DNA from: an uncultured Patescibacteria group bacterium | GTDB lineage: Bacteria > Patescibacteriota > Patescibacteriia > UBA2591 > CALHIP01 | NCBI GenBank assembly: GCA_938030745.1 | Contig: CALHIP010000001.1 | Location: 3,817-67,816 of the forward strand | Direction of reading: 5' to 3' | Length of the DNA: 64,000 bases | Part shown: piece by piece, positions 29,950 to 39,028 of the stretch | Layout: each line of letters opens with the position of its first letter | Numbering within the stretch: the first letter of the stretch is position 1 | Translations under genes and position numbers: made by a program | The notes under the pieces: model-generated | The model's input: only the letters and a program-made list of their open reading frames with translations | The model's database searches: none | What the model was told of the DNA's origin: nothing

Positions 29950-31054
29950 ATTAAAAAAACTTTATCTTCAATTTTTAAAATTTCAAGAAAAATTTTTTCT
30001 TAAAGATAAAAAAAAGTGGTTTGGAGTAAAAATGGTTAAACCAAAGGAAAAAGAGGTAAGAGAAGTTTTTTTTAATTATCAGAGGGATAGTTTTTTAAAG
30101 TTTTGTAAAAAAATAAAAGACATAATTTTTGCTAAGAATCCTTTAAAAGAAGCATTAGCTAAATGGTCAATGGATAATTGGTATCCATGGTATTATTTTA
30201 AATTTTTAAAAGAAAAGGATGTAATTGATCTTAAAAGAGATGGAAGGGTGATTTTAAGAGCAAGAAAAATGTTGAAGATTTTACCTCGACCTTTAAAAGA
30301 GAAAGAAATAAAAAAGAAAATTGAGGAAAAATTAAAAATTAAATTAAATCTCCAAAATCCTTCAAATTATTTATTTAAAACAAAAATTAAAGCTCACTAC
30401 GATCAATTTCCAATCTCTGTTTCTTCTGCTATTTTTCTTGTTTCAAAAATTTTAGAATATTTACCTCTTTACCAAAAATTTCTTTTTGTTGGAGATGATG
30501 ATTTAATATCTTTTTATTGTTGTTTAGCTGATAAAAATTTTAAAGCTAAAGTAATTGATATTGATGAAGCTCTTTTAAAAAAGATTGATGAGATTTCAAA
30601 AAAATACAACTTAAAAATAGAATTAGAAAAGGTTGATATTTCCAAAAAGAAAAAATTAAATGAAAATTTCGTTGGTTTTTTAACCAGCCCTGTTTATACA
30701 TATGAAGGTGTAAAAATCTTTGTCAATTTTGCTGTCAATCATCTAAGTAAAGATGGAGGTTATGGATTTTTGAATTTATCAGATGAAGCTATTGGTAATC
30801 GATATCTTTTTTTAGAAGAATTTTTTAATAAAAAAAATTTAATTATTGAAGAAGTAATTAAAGGAAAAATTTATTACCCTTGGCAAATTGTTCAACCAGA
30901 TGATGAAATCATTTTGAATAAATACAAAGAATTTTTTTCTAAAAAAGTTGTTGAAAGCTCTCCTATCATTTCTTCTTCTTTATGGATCTTTAATTATGTT
31001 CCTTTCAAAGTTCCAAAACCAAAAAAACAAACTTTTTTTTATGCTTACCTTTAG
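29939..31054 (+). CDS. Putative aminopropyltransferase of the DUF43/BpsA-like family (polyamine synthase), overlapping speH stop
   Basis: 371 aa. FLFVGDDDLISFYCCLADKNFKAKVIDIDE is a Rossmann-like GDDDL(S) motif followed by an acidic DID strand, as I recall for DUF43/BpsA. Translationally coupled to speH. Confidence 0.45.
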   Translation: MEDELKKLYLQFLKFQEKFFLKDKKKWFGVKMVKPKEKEVREVFFNYQRDSFLKFCKKIKDIIFAKNPLKEALAKWSMDNWYPWYYFKFLKEKDVIDLKRDGRVILRARKMLKILPRPLKEKEIKKKIEEKLKIKLNLQNPSNYLFKTKIKAHYDQFPISVSSAIFLVSKILEYLPLYQKFLFVGDDDLISFYCCLADKNFKAKVIDIDEALLKKIDEISKKYNLKIELEKVDISKKKKLNENFVGFLTSPVYTYEGVKIFVNFAVNHLSKDGGYGFLNLSDEAIGNRYLFLEEFFNKKNLIIEEVIKGKIYYPWQIVQPDDEIILNKYKEFFSKKVVESSPIISSSLWIFNYVPFKVPKPKKQTFFYAYL

Positions 31055-31090
31055 ATTTTTTGTTTTCTAAACTTTTAAAGAAACAATTTT

Positions 31091-31113
31091 AGGGACCACT
31101 ATTTAAGTGGTCC
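31091..31113. terminator. Bidirectional terminator hairpin between convergent genes
   Basis: GGGACCACT-ATTTA-AGTGGTCCC, followed by TGTTTT. Confidence 0.5.
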
Positions 31114-31118
31114 CTGTT

Positions 31119-31562
31119 TTATTTTAAATCATTTAAATTACTAATAATAAAAACAGAATCACCAATCTCTGTCCAGCTGAAAAGCCATTTCGCATCATTT
31201 TTTGAAAGCCTGATACATCCATGAGACGCTGGGTAACCTAATTTTTTCTCATAGCTTTTTCCTTCTAAAGCATGGATTCCGTTTCGTAATGGAGATGGTT
31301 CAGTAATAGACTGCCAATAAACCATCAAGGTTTTCCATTTTTTAGACCACACTCGTTCTCTTTTAGTTAAGATGCAATATTTGCCGAGAGGTGTCTCATA
31401 ACCTTTTCTTCCTGTCGAAATAGTAAATTCTTTTACTAAACTATCATCTTCAAAACAGAGCATCTTTTGAGGCCGAACATCACGGAGAACAATGATTTTT
31501 CTAAAAGTCTTTGTTTGAGAATTACTAATTAGAAACAAAAGAACAATTATTATTCTTATCAT
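31119..31562 (-). CDS. L,D-transpeptidase (YkuD domain)
   Basis: Signal peptide. Catalytic motif SHGCIRLS. Confidence 0.75.
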   Translation of the reverse strand: MIRIIIVLLFLISNSQTKTFRKIIVLRDVRPQKMLCFEDDSLVKEFTISTGRKGYETPLGKYCILTKRERVWSKKWKTLMVYWQSITEPSPLRNGIHALEGKSYEKKLGYPASHGCIRLSKNDAKWLFSWTEIGDSVFIISNLNDLK

Positions 31563-31671
31563 GGTCCCTCCTTTTCTTTAAAATTTTTTAATGATTTCCT
31601 TATAAATTGGTCCTAAGGAAAGAATGTGAATTTTTTCTGGAATCTTTAAATCAGATGGAGGAGAGATAGAA

Positions 31672-32508
31672 TTAGTTAGTAATAATAGCTTCCACCTCAT
31701 CAACAATCTGGGAAAGAGCATTCTTTTTAATAAGAAAAGAAACCATATGGGTAACAAGAAGAATAATTTTGTTCGCTCCTTTTTTCTTAAGAATTTTTAA
31801 TCCTTGAAGAAGTGTTTTCCCTGAGGCGAGAATATCATCCCACATCAAAATGTTTTCTCCTTTTTTTATTTTTCCTTTAATTCCATAAAAATTGATTTTA
31901 CCGGAAAAATAATCTCTTCTTTTATCAAGAATACTTAAAGGAGAGGTAAATAGCGAAGCAAGAATTTTATTTTTTCTTTTAGCTCCTTTATCAGGTGAGA
32001 CTACTCTTAAATTTTTAAGAAGATGAGAAAAATTTTCTTTAAGATACTGATAGAAAAGATTGGTTGGTAAAATATTTTCTGCAGAAGGAAAAAGATTCAG
32101 TGCCTTTGGGTTATGAATGTCTATAAATATTATTAATTTAACAGTCCGCGAGATTGAATCAGCAATCCATTTAAGAGAAAAAGGAGCACCTTCTACGTCA
32201 ACTCTGTCTTGACGAGCATAGGCAAAATATGGCGGAAAAACAATGATTTCAGAATCTCTTTTTAAAGAATTTTCCAAAGTGTTTAGAGTAAGGAAAAATT
32301 CAAGAAGGTTTTCTGATGGTGGATAAGTTGATTGAATATAAATTATCTTTGTTTTTCTTCCAATGACCTCTTTTGGAACTACTGGTTTTATCTCTCCATC
32401 TGGAAAAATTTTACAATTCACAGGAATAGCAGGAATTTCAGGAAAAATTTTTTGAAGTTCCATTGCTATTTGTTTACCTGTTTTGCCATACAAAATAATT
32501 TTCTTCAT
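31672..32508 (-). CDS. prs: Ribose-phosphate pyrophosphokinase (PRPP synthetase)
   Basis: 278 aa. PRPP-binding loop MWDDILASGKTL. Prs-like N-terminus. Confidence 0.75.
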   Translation of the reverse strand: MKKIILYGKTGKQIAMELQKIFPEIPAIPVNCKIFPDGEIKPVVPKEVIGRKTKIIYIQSTYPPSENLLEFFLTLNTLENSLKRDSEIIVFPPYFAYARQDRVDVEGAPFSLKWIADSISRTVKLIIFIDIHNPKALNLFPSAENILPTNLFYQYLKENFSHLLKNLRVVSPDKGAKRKNKILASLFTSPLSILDKRRDYFSGKINFYGIKGKIKKGENILMWDDILASGKTLLQGLKILKKKGANKIILLVTHMVSFLIKKNALSQIVDEVEAIITN

Positions 32509-32603
32509 ATTTCCTCCTTGTTTATTTTAATCTTTAAAAATCTAGAAATCATTAAAAATAAAAAATCTTATTTAGCTATCGCAAAAAATTGAATAATTCA
32601 ATT

Positions 32604-33230
32604 TTAACTCTTAAGCAACTTTTCAATTAACTCGCGAAATTCCTTCTCTTCTTTTAGTAGACCAGCATCTTTTTCTCTTTCATAGGCATTACCAATCCGA
32701 TAATAACGGCAACCAAAAACAAAAGTTGGAATTGAACCAGTTGGATTAAATTCTTGATAAATAGCTTCTTCTTCTGGAGGAATCGCTTTTTCTACTTCTT
32801 CAGTTAGACCATCATCATTGGTATCTAAATACCAATGATAAGCAACAATTTTTTTCTTTTTCATGTACTCTTTGGCGACTTTATCAAAAGTCTCTTTGAT
32901 CCATTCACAATGGGGACACCAGGTTGTAGCAAAAAGTCGAATGATTGGTTTACCATCTTTTTTGCAAATCGGTTTGCCAGTATCGATAAAAGAACCAAAA
33001 GATGTTCCAGAAGGTGGTGCTAAAGGAGGTTGAGATGGTTGATTGACAATTTCCTTTGGCTCTTCTGGAGCATTAATTACTACTTTTTGACCAGTGCCTA
33101 TTTTGGTTAAAGCTAGGAAAGAATAAAGAAAGACCAAAATAGCAAAAATAGCTATGCCAGTCACGACACCGAAAACAAACATTAACTTCGGCGAAAAAGT
33201 ACATTCTTTTTTTGTTTGTTTCTCTTCCAT
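32604..33230 (-). CDS. Membrane-anchored thioredoxin-fold thiol:disulfide oxidoreductase
   Basis: N-terminal TM. WCPHC active site. Confidence 0.65.
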   Translation of the reverse strand: MEEKQTKKECTFSPKLMFVFGVVTGIAIFAILVFLYSFLALTKIGTGQKVVINAPEEPKEIVNQPSQPPLAPPSGTSFGSFIDTGKPICKKDGKPIIRLFATTWCPHCEWIKETFDKVAKEYMKKKKIVAYHWYLDTNDDGLTEEVEKAIPPEEEAIYQEFNPTGSIPTFVFGCRYYRIGNAYEREKDAGLLKEEKEFRELIEKLLKS

Positions 33231-33281
33231 AAATTAAGAATTATTTTTTGATAAAATATTTTAAAATATTTTTAAAAAATG

Positions 33282-34082
33282 TCAAATATCAGCTAATTTA
33301 ATTTCTATTCTCTGACCTAGCCATCGTCGAGCAATTTCTTGAAATTTCGGTGTTGGATCTGAAAGATAGAATTGATGATTCTTGTTTTTTGCTAATTCTT
33401 TCTCAATTGCTTTATTTTTTTCTAAAAATTCTTTAAGTTTTAAAACAACCTCTTCTCCTGGATCGACAAGTTTTATTTTCCGACCAATTTTTAACTGAAT
33501 CTGTTCACGTAATAAAGGATAATGGGTACAGGCCATAATTAAAGTATCAATTTGAGCCATCTTTAAAGGATATAAATAAGATTTAATAATTCTTTTTGTC
33601 TCTCCTTTCTTTAACCAACCTTCTTCAATCAAAGGTACTAAAAGTGGAGCAGGTTGAGAAAAAACTTTGATCTCTGGTTTTTTTTCTTTAATCAATTTTT
33701 CATAAATTCCAGAATTGACTGTTGCCCTTGTTCCAATTATACCAATTCTTTTATTTTTTGTGATTTGAATTGCTTTCTCTACTGCCGGTGTAATTACTTC
33801 AAAAATTGGTAAAGAAAATTTCTTCTTTAACTCTTGACTTGCAGTTGCTGAAGCAGTGTTACAAGCAATTACAATAATTTTAGCACCTTTTTTAATTAAG
33901 AATTCAGAAGCTTCAATTGAATATTTTTTAATTATCTCGCTACTCCTTTCACCATAAGGCATTCTTGCTGTATCACCAAAATATAAAATTTGATATTCTG
34001 GTAAGATTTCGAACATCTTTTTAACAACTGTTAATCCGCCAATTCCCGAATCAAAAATCCCAATTTTGTTTTTATTTTTCAT
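33282..34082 (-). CDS. murI: Glutamate racemase
   Basis: IGIFDSGIGGLTV and IVIACNTASA are the MurI signatures. Confidence 0.9.
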   Translation of the reverse strand: MKNKNKIGIFDSGIGGLTVVKKMFEILPEYQILYFGDTARMPYGERSSEIIKKYSIEASEFLIKKGAKIIVIACNTASATASQELKKKFSLPIFEVITPAVEKAIQITKNKRIGIIGTRATVNSGIYEKLIKEKKPEIKVFSQPAPLLVPLIEEGWLKKGETKRIIKSYLYPLKMAQIDTLIMACTHYPLLREQIQLKIGRKIKLVDPGEEVVLKLKEFLEKNKAIEKELAKNKNHQFYLSDPTPKFQEIARRWLGQRIEIKLADI

Positions 34083-35416
34083 TTTATTATTTTTTTTAAC
34101 TCCTTCAATTTCTTTTCTAATAGTTCTTTTGTTTTTGCTTCGACTGTTAATCTAACAACTGGTTCAGTCTGCGAAGGTCTTAAATTAAACCACCAATTTT
34201 TATATTGGATAGTTAAACCATCAAGTAAATCAATTTTCCCATTTTTATATTTTTCTTTTAATAAATTGAAAGTCTTTTTTTGATCAGTGACTTTGATTTT
34301 TGGCAAATGAATTTTATGATAAATTTTATATTCTTTAACTATTTCTGAAAGTGGTCTGTTTTCTTGGGAAATGATTTCTAAAAAAATCAAGAAGGCAATA
34401 AAACCAGAATCAGCATAAAAATTGTCTTTGAAGGCAAAATGACAAGAAGTTTCTCCACCAAGAATTGCTTTATTTTTTACCATTGCTTTAACAGTAAAGA
34501 AATAACCAACTTTTGCTCTGATTGGTTTACCATTCATTTTTTTAATAAATTCAGGAACTGATTTTGATTGATCAACTTTATAAACTATTCTTGCATTTGG
34601 ATTTTCATTTAAAAATTTTTTAGCTAAAAGAATAAGTTGCAGATCACCAAAAAGTGGACTCCCTTTCTCATCTATTAAAACAATTCTGTCAGTATCGCCA
34701 TCGAAAAAGACACCTAAATCTGCCTTTTCTTTTTTTACTTTTTCAATCAATTTATCTAAAGCACCTCTTTCAAAAGGATTTGGTGGGTGGTTTGGGAATC
34801 TTCCGTCTAATTTAAAAAAAAGAGGAATAATTTGGCAAGGAATCCTTTTTTTAATTAAAGGAATAACTTTACCTGCTAAACCATTGCCAGCATCAACAAC
34901 AATTTTTAATCGTTTTATTTTTCCAACATCAACAAAAGAAAAAATATGGTTTAAAAATTTTTGCCAAAAATTTACTTTTTCTATCTTACCTCTTTTTTTT
35001 GCTGGTTTTATTTTTTTACCGATTAATTGAGCTATTTTTCTTCCACTGATTGGCTCTATCCAACCTTTTTTTCGCCAAAGAATCATTTTAAGACCATTAT
35101 ATTGAAAAGGATTATGACTGGCAGTAATCATTATTCCAGCTCCAAAATTATTTTTTGGCACCATTGAATATAAAAAATCAATAGGAATCAAACCGGCATC
35201 AGAGACATTTACTCCTTGTTCAATTAATCCTTTAACTAAACCTTTAAAAATTTTTTCTGACGAGACTCTCATATCGCGACCAACAAGAATTCTCTTTACT
35301 TCACTTAAATCAGCAAACACTCTGCCAATTTGATAGGCTATATCTTCATTAAAATCATCAGGGTAAATACCCCGAATATCATACTGATGAAAAATTGTTT
35401 GATTAATCTTTGCCAT
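34079..35416 (-). CDS. Phosphohexomutase (phosphoglucosamine/phosphomannomutase family)
   Basis: Active-site loop GIMITASHNP and metal-binding FDGDTDR. 445 aa. Confidence 0.8.
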   Translation of the reverse strand: MAKINQTIFHQYDIRGIYPDDFNEDIAYQIGRVFADLSEVKRILVGRDMRVSSEKIFKGLVKGLIEQGVNVSDAGLIPIDFLYSMVPKNNFGAGIMITASHNPFQYNGLKMILWRKKGWIEPISGRKIAQLIGKKIKPAKKRGKIEKVNFWQKFLNHIFSFVDVGKIKRLKIVVDAGNGLAGKVIPLIKKRIPCQIIPLFFKLDGRFPNHPPNPFERGALDKLIEKVKKEKADLGVFFDGDTDRIVLIDEKGSPLFGDLQLILLAKKFLNENPNARIVYKVDQSKSVPEFIKKMNGKPIRAKVGYFFTVKAMVKNKAILGGETSCHFAFKDNFYADSGFIAFLIFLEIISQENRPLSEIVKEYKIYHKIHLPKIKVTDQKKTFNLLKEKYKNGKIDLLDGLTIQYKNWWFNLRPSQTEPVVRLTVEAKTKELLEKKLKELKKIIK

Positions 35417-35423
35417 TTAAAAT

Positions 35424-36251
35424 TTATTTATTTCCAAGAAGTTTTACTATTTTTTCTCTTTCCTTATTTAAATAATTTTTTATTCCTTCAGTTTCAGGAG
35501 TTAATTTTTTATTTAACTCTTCCTTCTGAGAAGAAATAATTTCTAAAAGATTTTGACAATCTTTTCTATCTTTATCGTCAAATTTAATTGAAGATGAAGA
35601 AAATTGAGAAATTTTTTGTAATTCTAATTTTATTTGGTCTAAAAATTCGGAAAAAACAGCAATAAAAACTGGATCATCTTTTATTTTTTCTAGCTCTTTA
35701 TTTTTGATTTTTTCATAAAATCTGACCATTATTTCAAATCCAACATCTAGTGGTAAATAAAGTACTAATCTTATAGTTCGAGGATTAAATTCTCTTTGAG
35801 GTGGCGGAACTTTTAAAGAGCTTGGATTATCGTGATGAAAAAAGGCATATTTGTCTTCTAATATTTCATGATTTTTATTCATTGTTAAATCAACAGAGAA
35901 AAGCAAATCTTTTTCTTTATGATAGATAATTAAATCTTTTCCTTCTTTATCATCTTCATAAGAAGCAAGAAAAATTTCAAAATCTTTTCCTAAAAATTGG
36001 TTAAAGACCTCACCTAAGACATTTTCTAATTCTTTTCCTGGTTTTCTTTCCTCAATGCTTCGACGATGAATTATATTCTCCCAATTTCTTCTCCAACACC
36101 CCAATCTTCTTTCTTTTTCTGATTTTTTTAAGAAGAGTAAAATTATTTTTTTATTCTTTTGATCTTCATGAAATTCATTATACTTATTTTGTGCTTCAGG
36201 AAAAAAAATTTTTTTATCAAAAAAATTTTTTTCTCTTGTTTCTATTGACAT
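35424..36251 (-). CDS. Hypothetical protein
   Basis: 275 aa ORF with no recognisable motif. Confidence 0.3.
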   Translation of the reverse strand: MSIETREKNFFDKKIFFPEAQNKYNEFHEDQKNKKIILLFLKKSEKERRLGCWRRNWENIIHRRSIEERKPGKELENVLGEVFNQFLGKDFEIFLASYEDDKEGKDLIIYHKEKDLLFSVDLTMNKNHEILEDKYAFFHHDNPSSLKVPPPQREFNPRTIRLVLYLPLDVGFEIMVRFYEKIKNKELEKIKDDPVFIAVFSEFLDQIKLELQKISQFSSSSIKFDDKDRKDCQNLLEIISSQKEELNKKLTPETEGIKNYLNKEREKIVKLLGNK

Positions 36252-36265
36252 AATTAAAAATTATA

Positions 36266-36994
36266 TCATTTTTTAGCTATTACCACAAGATTTAAACCTT
36301 TAAGCCAATTCGATTTTTTACCTTTATATTCATAATAAATATCTTTGATTTTAAAACCTATCTTTTCTAAAATTTTTCTTAATTCTTTTTTTGTAAAAGC
36401 ATGATAAAATCTCTGAATAATTTCACCCGAAGAAAGATGCCAAGGAATAAAATAATCTTTAAAACTTAAATCACGGTATAATTTTTGATTTTTCAAACGA
36501 TAAATCAAATTTTTAAAAAATAGTTTTGGCTGAAAAAGATTCCAACAGGTAATAAAAATATTTCCTTCTTTTTTTAAAACTCGATATGCCTCATAAATTG
36601 CCTTTTCTTGGAGTTCTCTGGATGGTAGATGTGGCAGAAAAGCAATCATAAAAACATTATTAAACTCCTCATTTTGAAATGGTAATGCTAATGCATCAGC
36701 AACTATAAATTTTTGAGGTTGGAAATTAGAAACTGGAAATCTTTTTTTTGCTATTTCAATCAATTTTTCTGAATTATCAACCCCAATATATTCAACGTTT
36801 TTCTCTCTTATTAAATCATAAAGTCGGCCATTGCCACAACCAATATCTAGAATTTTATCGCCTTCTTTAATATATGCTAAAAAAGATTTCATTATTTCCC
36901 AATGTTTTTCTCTTGTTCTTGAAAATTCTTCAGCAATTTTATCAAAATTCTTTTTCGTTTCATCTAAAATTTTTTTTACTGTCTCTGGCTTCAT
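36266..36994 (-). CDS. Class I SAM-dependent methyltransferase
   Basis: ILDIGCGNGRL motif I. Confidence 0.7.
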   Translation of the reverse strand: MKPETVKKILDETKKNFDKIAEEFSRTREKHWEIMKSFLAYIKEGDKILDIGCGNGRLYDLIREKNVEYIGVDNSEKLIEIAKKRFPVSNFQPQKFIVADALALPFQNEEFNNVFMIAFLPHLPSRELQEKAIYEAYRVLKKEGNIFITCWNLFQPKLFFKNLIYRLKNQKLYRDLSFKDYFIPWHLSSGEIIQRFYHAFTKKELRKILEKIGFKIKDIYYEYKGKKSNWLKGLNLVVIAKK

Positions 36995-37048
36995 ATTCTA
37001 ATTTTATATTATAGAAAAATTTTGAAAACATGCTAAAATATCTAAATT

Positions 37049-38173
37049 ATGAAAACTTCTAATTTTTTAAAAGCTTGGGCAACTTTTACCGGAACAATTA
37101 TTGGTGTTGGAATTTTTGGCTTACCCTACGTAGCAATGAAAGCTGGATTTTTTGTTGTTCTTTTTTATTTTTTTGTCATTGTTTTTTTAGCTATTGTTAT
37201 TCATTCTCTTTTAGGTGAAGTTGCTCGCGATACTCATAAAATTGCCCGCGTCCCTGGCTATGCTGAAGAATATCTTGGAAAAAAAGCAAAAAATTTTTCC
37301 TTTGTTGTCTCTTCACTCTCTTTAATTGGTGCTTTACTTGCCTATTTAATTATTGGCGGTGAATTTTTATATTTATTTTTAAAAAATTATTTAGGTGGCC
37401 CGGTTATTCTTTATACCCTTTTATTTTTTCTTTTTGGTGCTTTTTTAATCTATCGTGGAATTGAAATTATTTCTCGTTTTGAATTAGCAATGCTTATTGT
37501 TTTTGTTTTGATTCTTTTATTTTTTCTTTGGCGAGCAATTCCTTTTATCAAGTTTGAAAATTTTCTGACTTTTAATCCCCAATTTTTAACCTTTCCTTAT
37601 GGAGTTATTCTTTTCTCTTTATGGGGTATGGCCCTAATTCCTGAAGTCAAAGAAATGGTGGAAAGAGACCGGAAAAAATTAAGATGGGTCATTCTTTTAG
37701 GAATTTTATCAGCAGCCTTATGTTATCTAATTTTTATTTTTGCCATTTTGGGTGCTTCTGGTTTAAAAACTTCGGAAAACGCTATTTCAGGTTTTGCTTT
37801 TACTGTAGGTGATCAAATTATTGTTGTTGGTTATCTTTTCGGTCTAATTACAACTTTTACTTCTTTTATCACCTTAGGTCTGACCTTGAAAAAAATCTTT
37901 TGGTATGATTTTAAACTTCCAAAAGAGATTTCTTGGTTTTTAACTTGCTTTATTCCTTTATTTTTATATTTTTTAGGTTTTAAAAATTTTATTGAGGTTA
38001 TTGGCTTTACCGGTGCAATTGCTTTAGGTCTTGAGTCAATTATTGTTATCTTTATTTATAAAAATTTTATTCAAAAAAGGTTTCAAAGACCTACTCCTTG
38101 GTGGCTTTATCCATTAATTATTGCTTTAATCATCGGTATTGGTTTTGAAATTATTTATTTCTTTTCAAAATAA
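37049..38173 (+). CDS. Amino acid permease (aromatic amino acid/Trp-Tyr permease-like)
   Basis: 374 aa, 11 TM helices. N-terminal WATFTGTIIGVGIFGLP resembles amino acid transporter motifs. Confidence 0.5.
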   Translation: MKTSNFLKAWATFTGTIIGVGIFGLPYVAMKAGFFVVLFYFFVIVFLAIVIHSLLGEVARDTHKIARVPGYAEEYLGKKAKNFSFVVSSLSLIGALLAYLIIGGEFLYLFLKNYLGGPVILYTLLFFLFGAFLIYRGIEIISRFELAMLIVFVLILLFFLWRAIPFIKFENFLTFNPQFLTFPYGVILFSLWGMALIPEVKEMVERDRKKLRWVILLGILSAALCYLIFIFAILGASGLKTSENAISGFAFTVGDQIIVVGYLFGLITTFTSFITLGLTLKKIFWYDFKLPKEISWFLTCFIPLFLYFLGFKNFIEVIGFTGAIALGLESIIVIFIYKNFIQKRFQRPTPWWLYPLIIALIIGIGFEIIYFFSK

Positions 38174-38241
38174 AAGAATTCCTCTTGACAAATTTTAAAA
38201 AATAAGTTAAACTAAAATTAGATTTAACAAAGGAGGAAAAA

Positions 38242-38955
38242 ATGAATAGAAGCTTTCTTTTTATTTTAATAGTTTTATTATTATCATTATTATCACGATC
38301 ATTGTACTTATTAAACATCCAGTGCACTGGAGAAAAAAAACAGTTCATTACTGGAAAAATAGTAAATCTAGCTAATGGCCAAAAGGTTAATAACATCGGA
38401 ATTCAAGCAACTATTGGAACTCAACAAATTACTGTTATCCCAGATACAAATGGTAATATCTCTTTCTCTGTGCCTTATTCTCTTCCTTCTAATGCTACCA
38501 TTACTCTTGTATTTAACCATCCCACATTTTCTGGTTATAATCCTTCTTACCTTTCTCATACAATTGCTATATCTAAGGAGTCTTTAGGAACAAAAGATAC
38601 ATATGATCTCGGAAAAATATTTCTTATTCCGAAACCAACAGAAAGTTTGCCACAGACAGCTTATATTGTTGTAAAAAAAATGGGTTTTCACAAGATTCTA
38701 CCGAATAAGAAAATTTCGATTAATCTCCCTCCAGAGGCAATCTTCATTTTCGGCCTTTCAGAACCAAGTACAAAAAGTATAAAGATAAAGAACTTATCAA
38801 CTGACGAAAAAGTAGAAATAATAAAAAACCGGATTAAAAACACAGGATGGGTCATTATTACTTTTTTTCAGCCACTTACTCCTGGAAAGTATGAAATCTC
38901 AGCTATTATTTCTGGAGAGAAAATAAAATGGATATTTGAAATTCCAGAAACTTAA
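38242..38955 (+). CDS. Secreted hypothetical protein
   Basis: SD sequence AAAGGAGGAAAAAATG. Signal peptide. Beta-rich sequence. Confidence 0.45.
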   Translation: MNRSFLFILIVLLLSLLSRSLYLLNIQCTGEKKQFITGKIVNLANGQKVNNIGIQATIGTQQITVIPDTNGNISFSVPYSLPSNATITLVFNHPTFSGYNPSYLSHTIAISKESLGTKDTYDLGKIFLIPKPTESLPQTAYIVVKKMGFHKILPNKKISINLPPEAIFIFGLSEPSTKSIKIKNLSTDEKVEIIKNRIKNTGWVIITFFQPLTPGKYEISAIISGEKIKWIFEIPET

Positions 38956-38967
38956 AAGGAGGAAAAA

Positions 38968-38992
38968 GGGGGCTAAATTAGCCCCTTTTTTC
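38968..38992 (+). terminator. Rho-independent terminator
   Basis: GGGGGCTAAATTAGCCCC hairpin followed by TTTTTT. Confidence 0.7.
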
Positions 38993-39028
38993 GTTGACAA
39001 TTTAGTAAAATTTCATTAAGATTGATAA

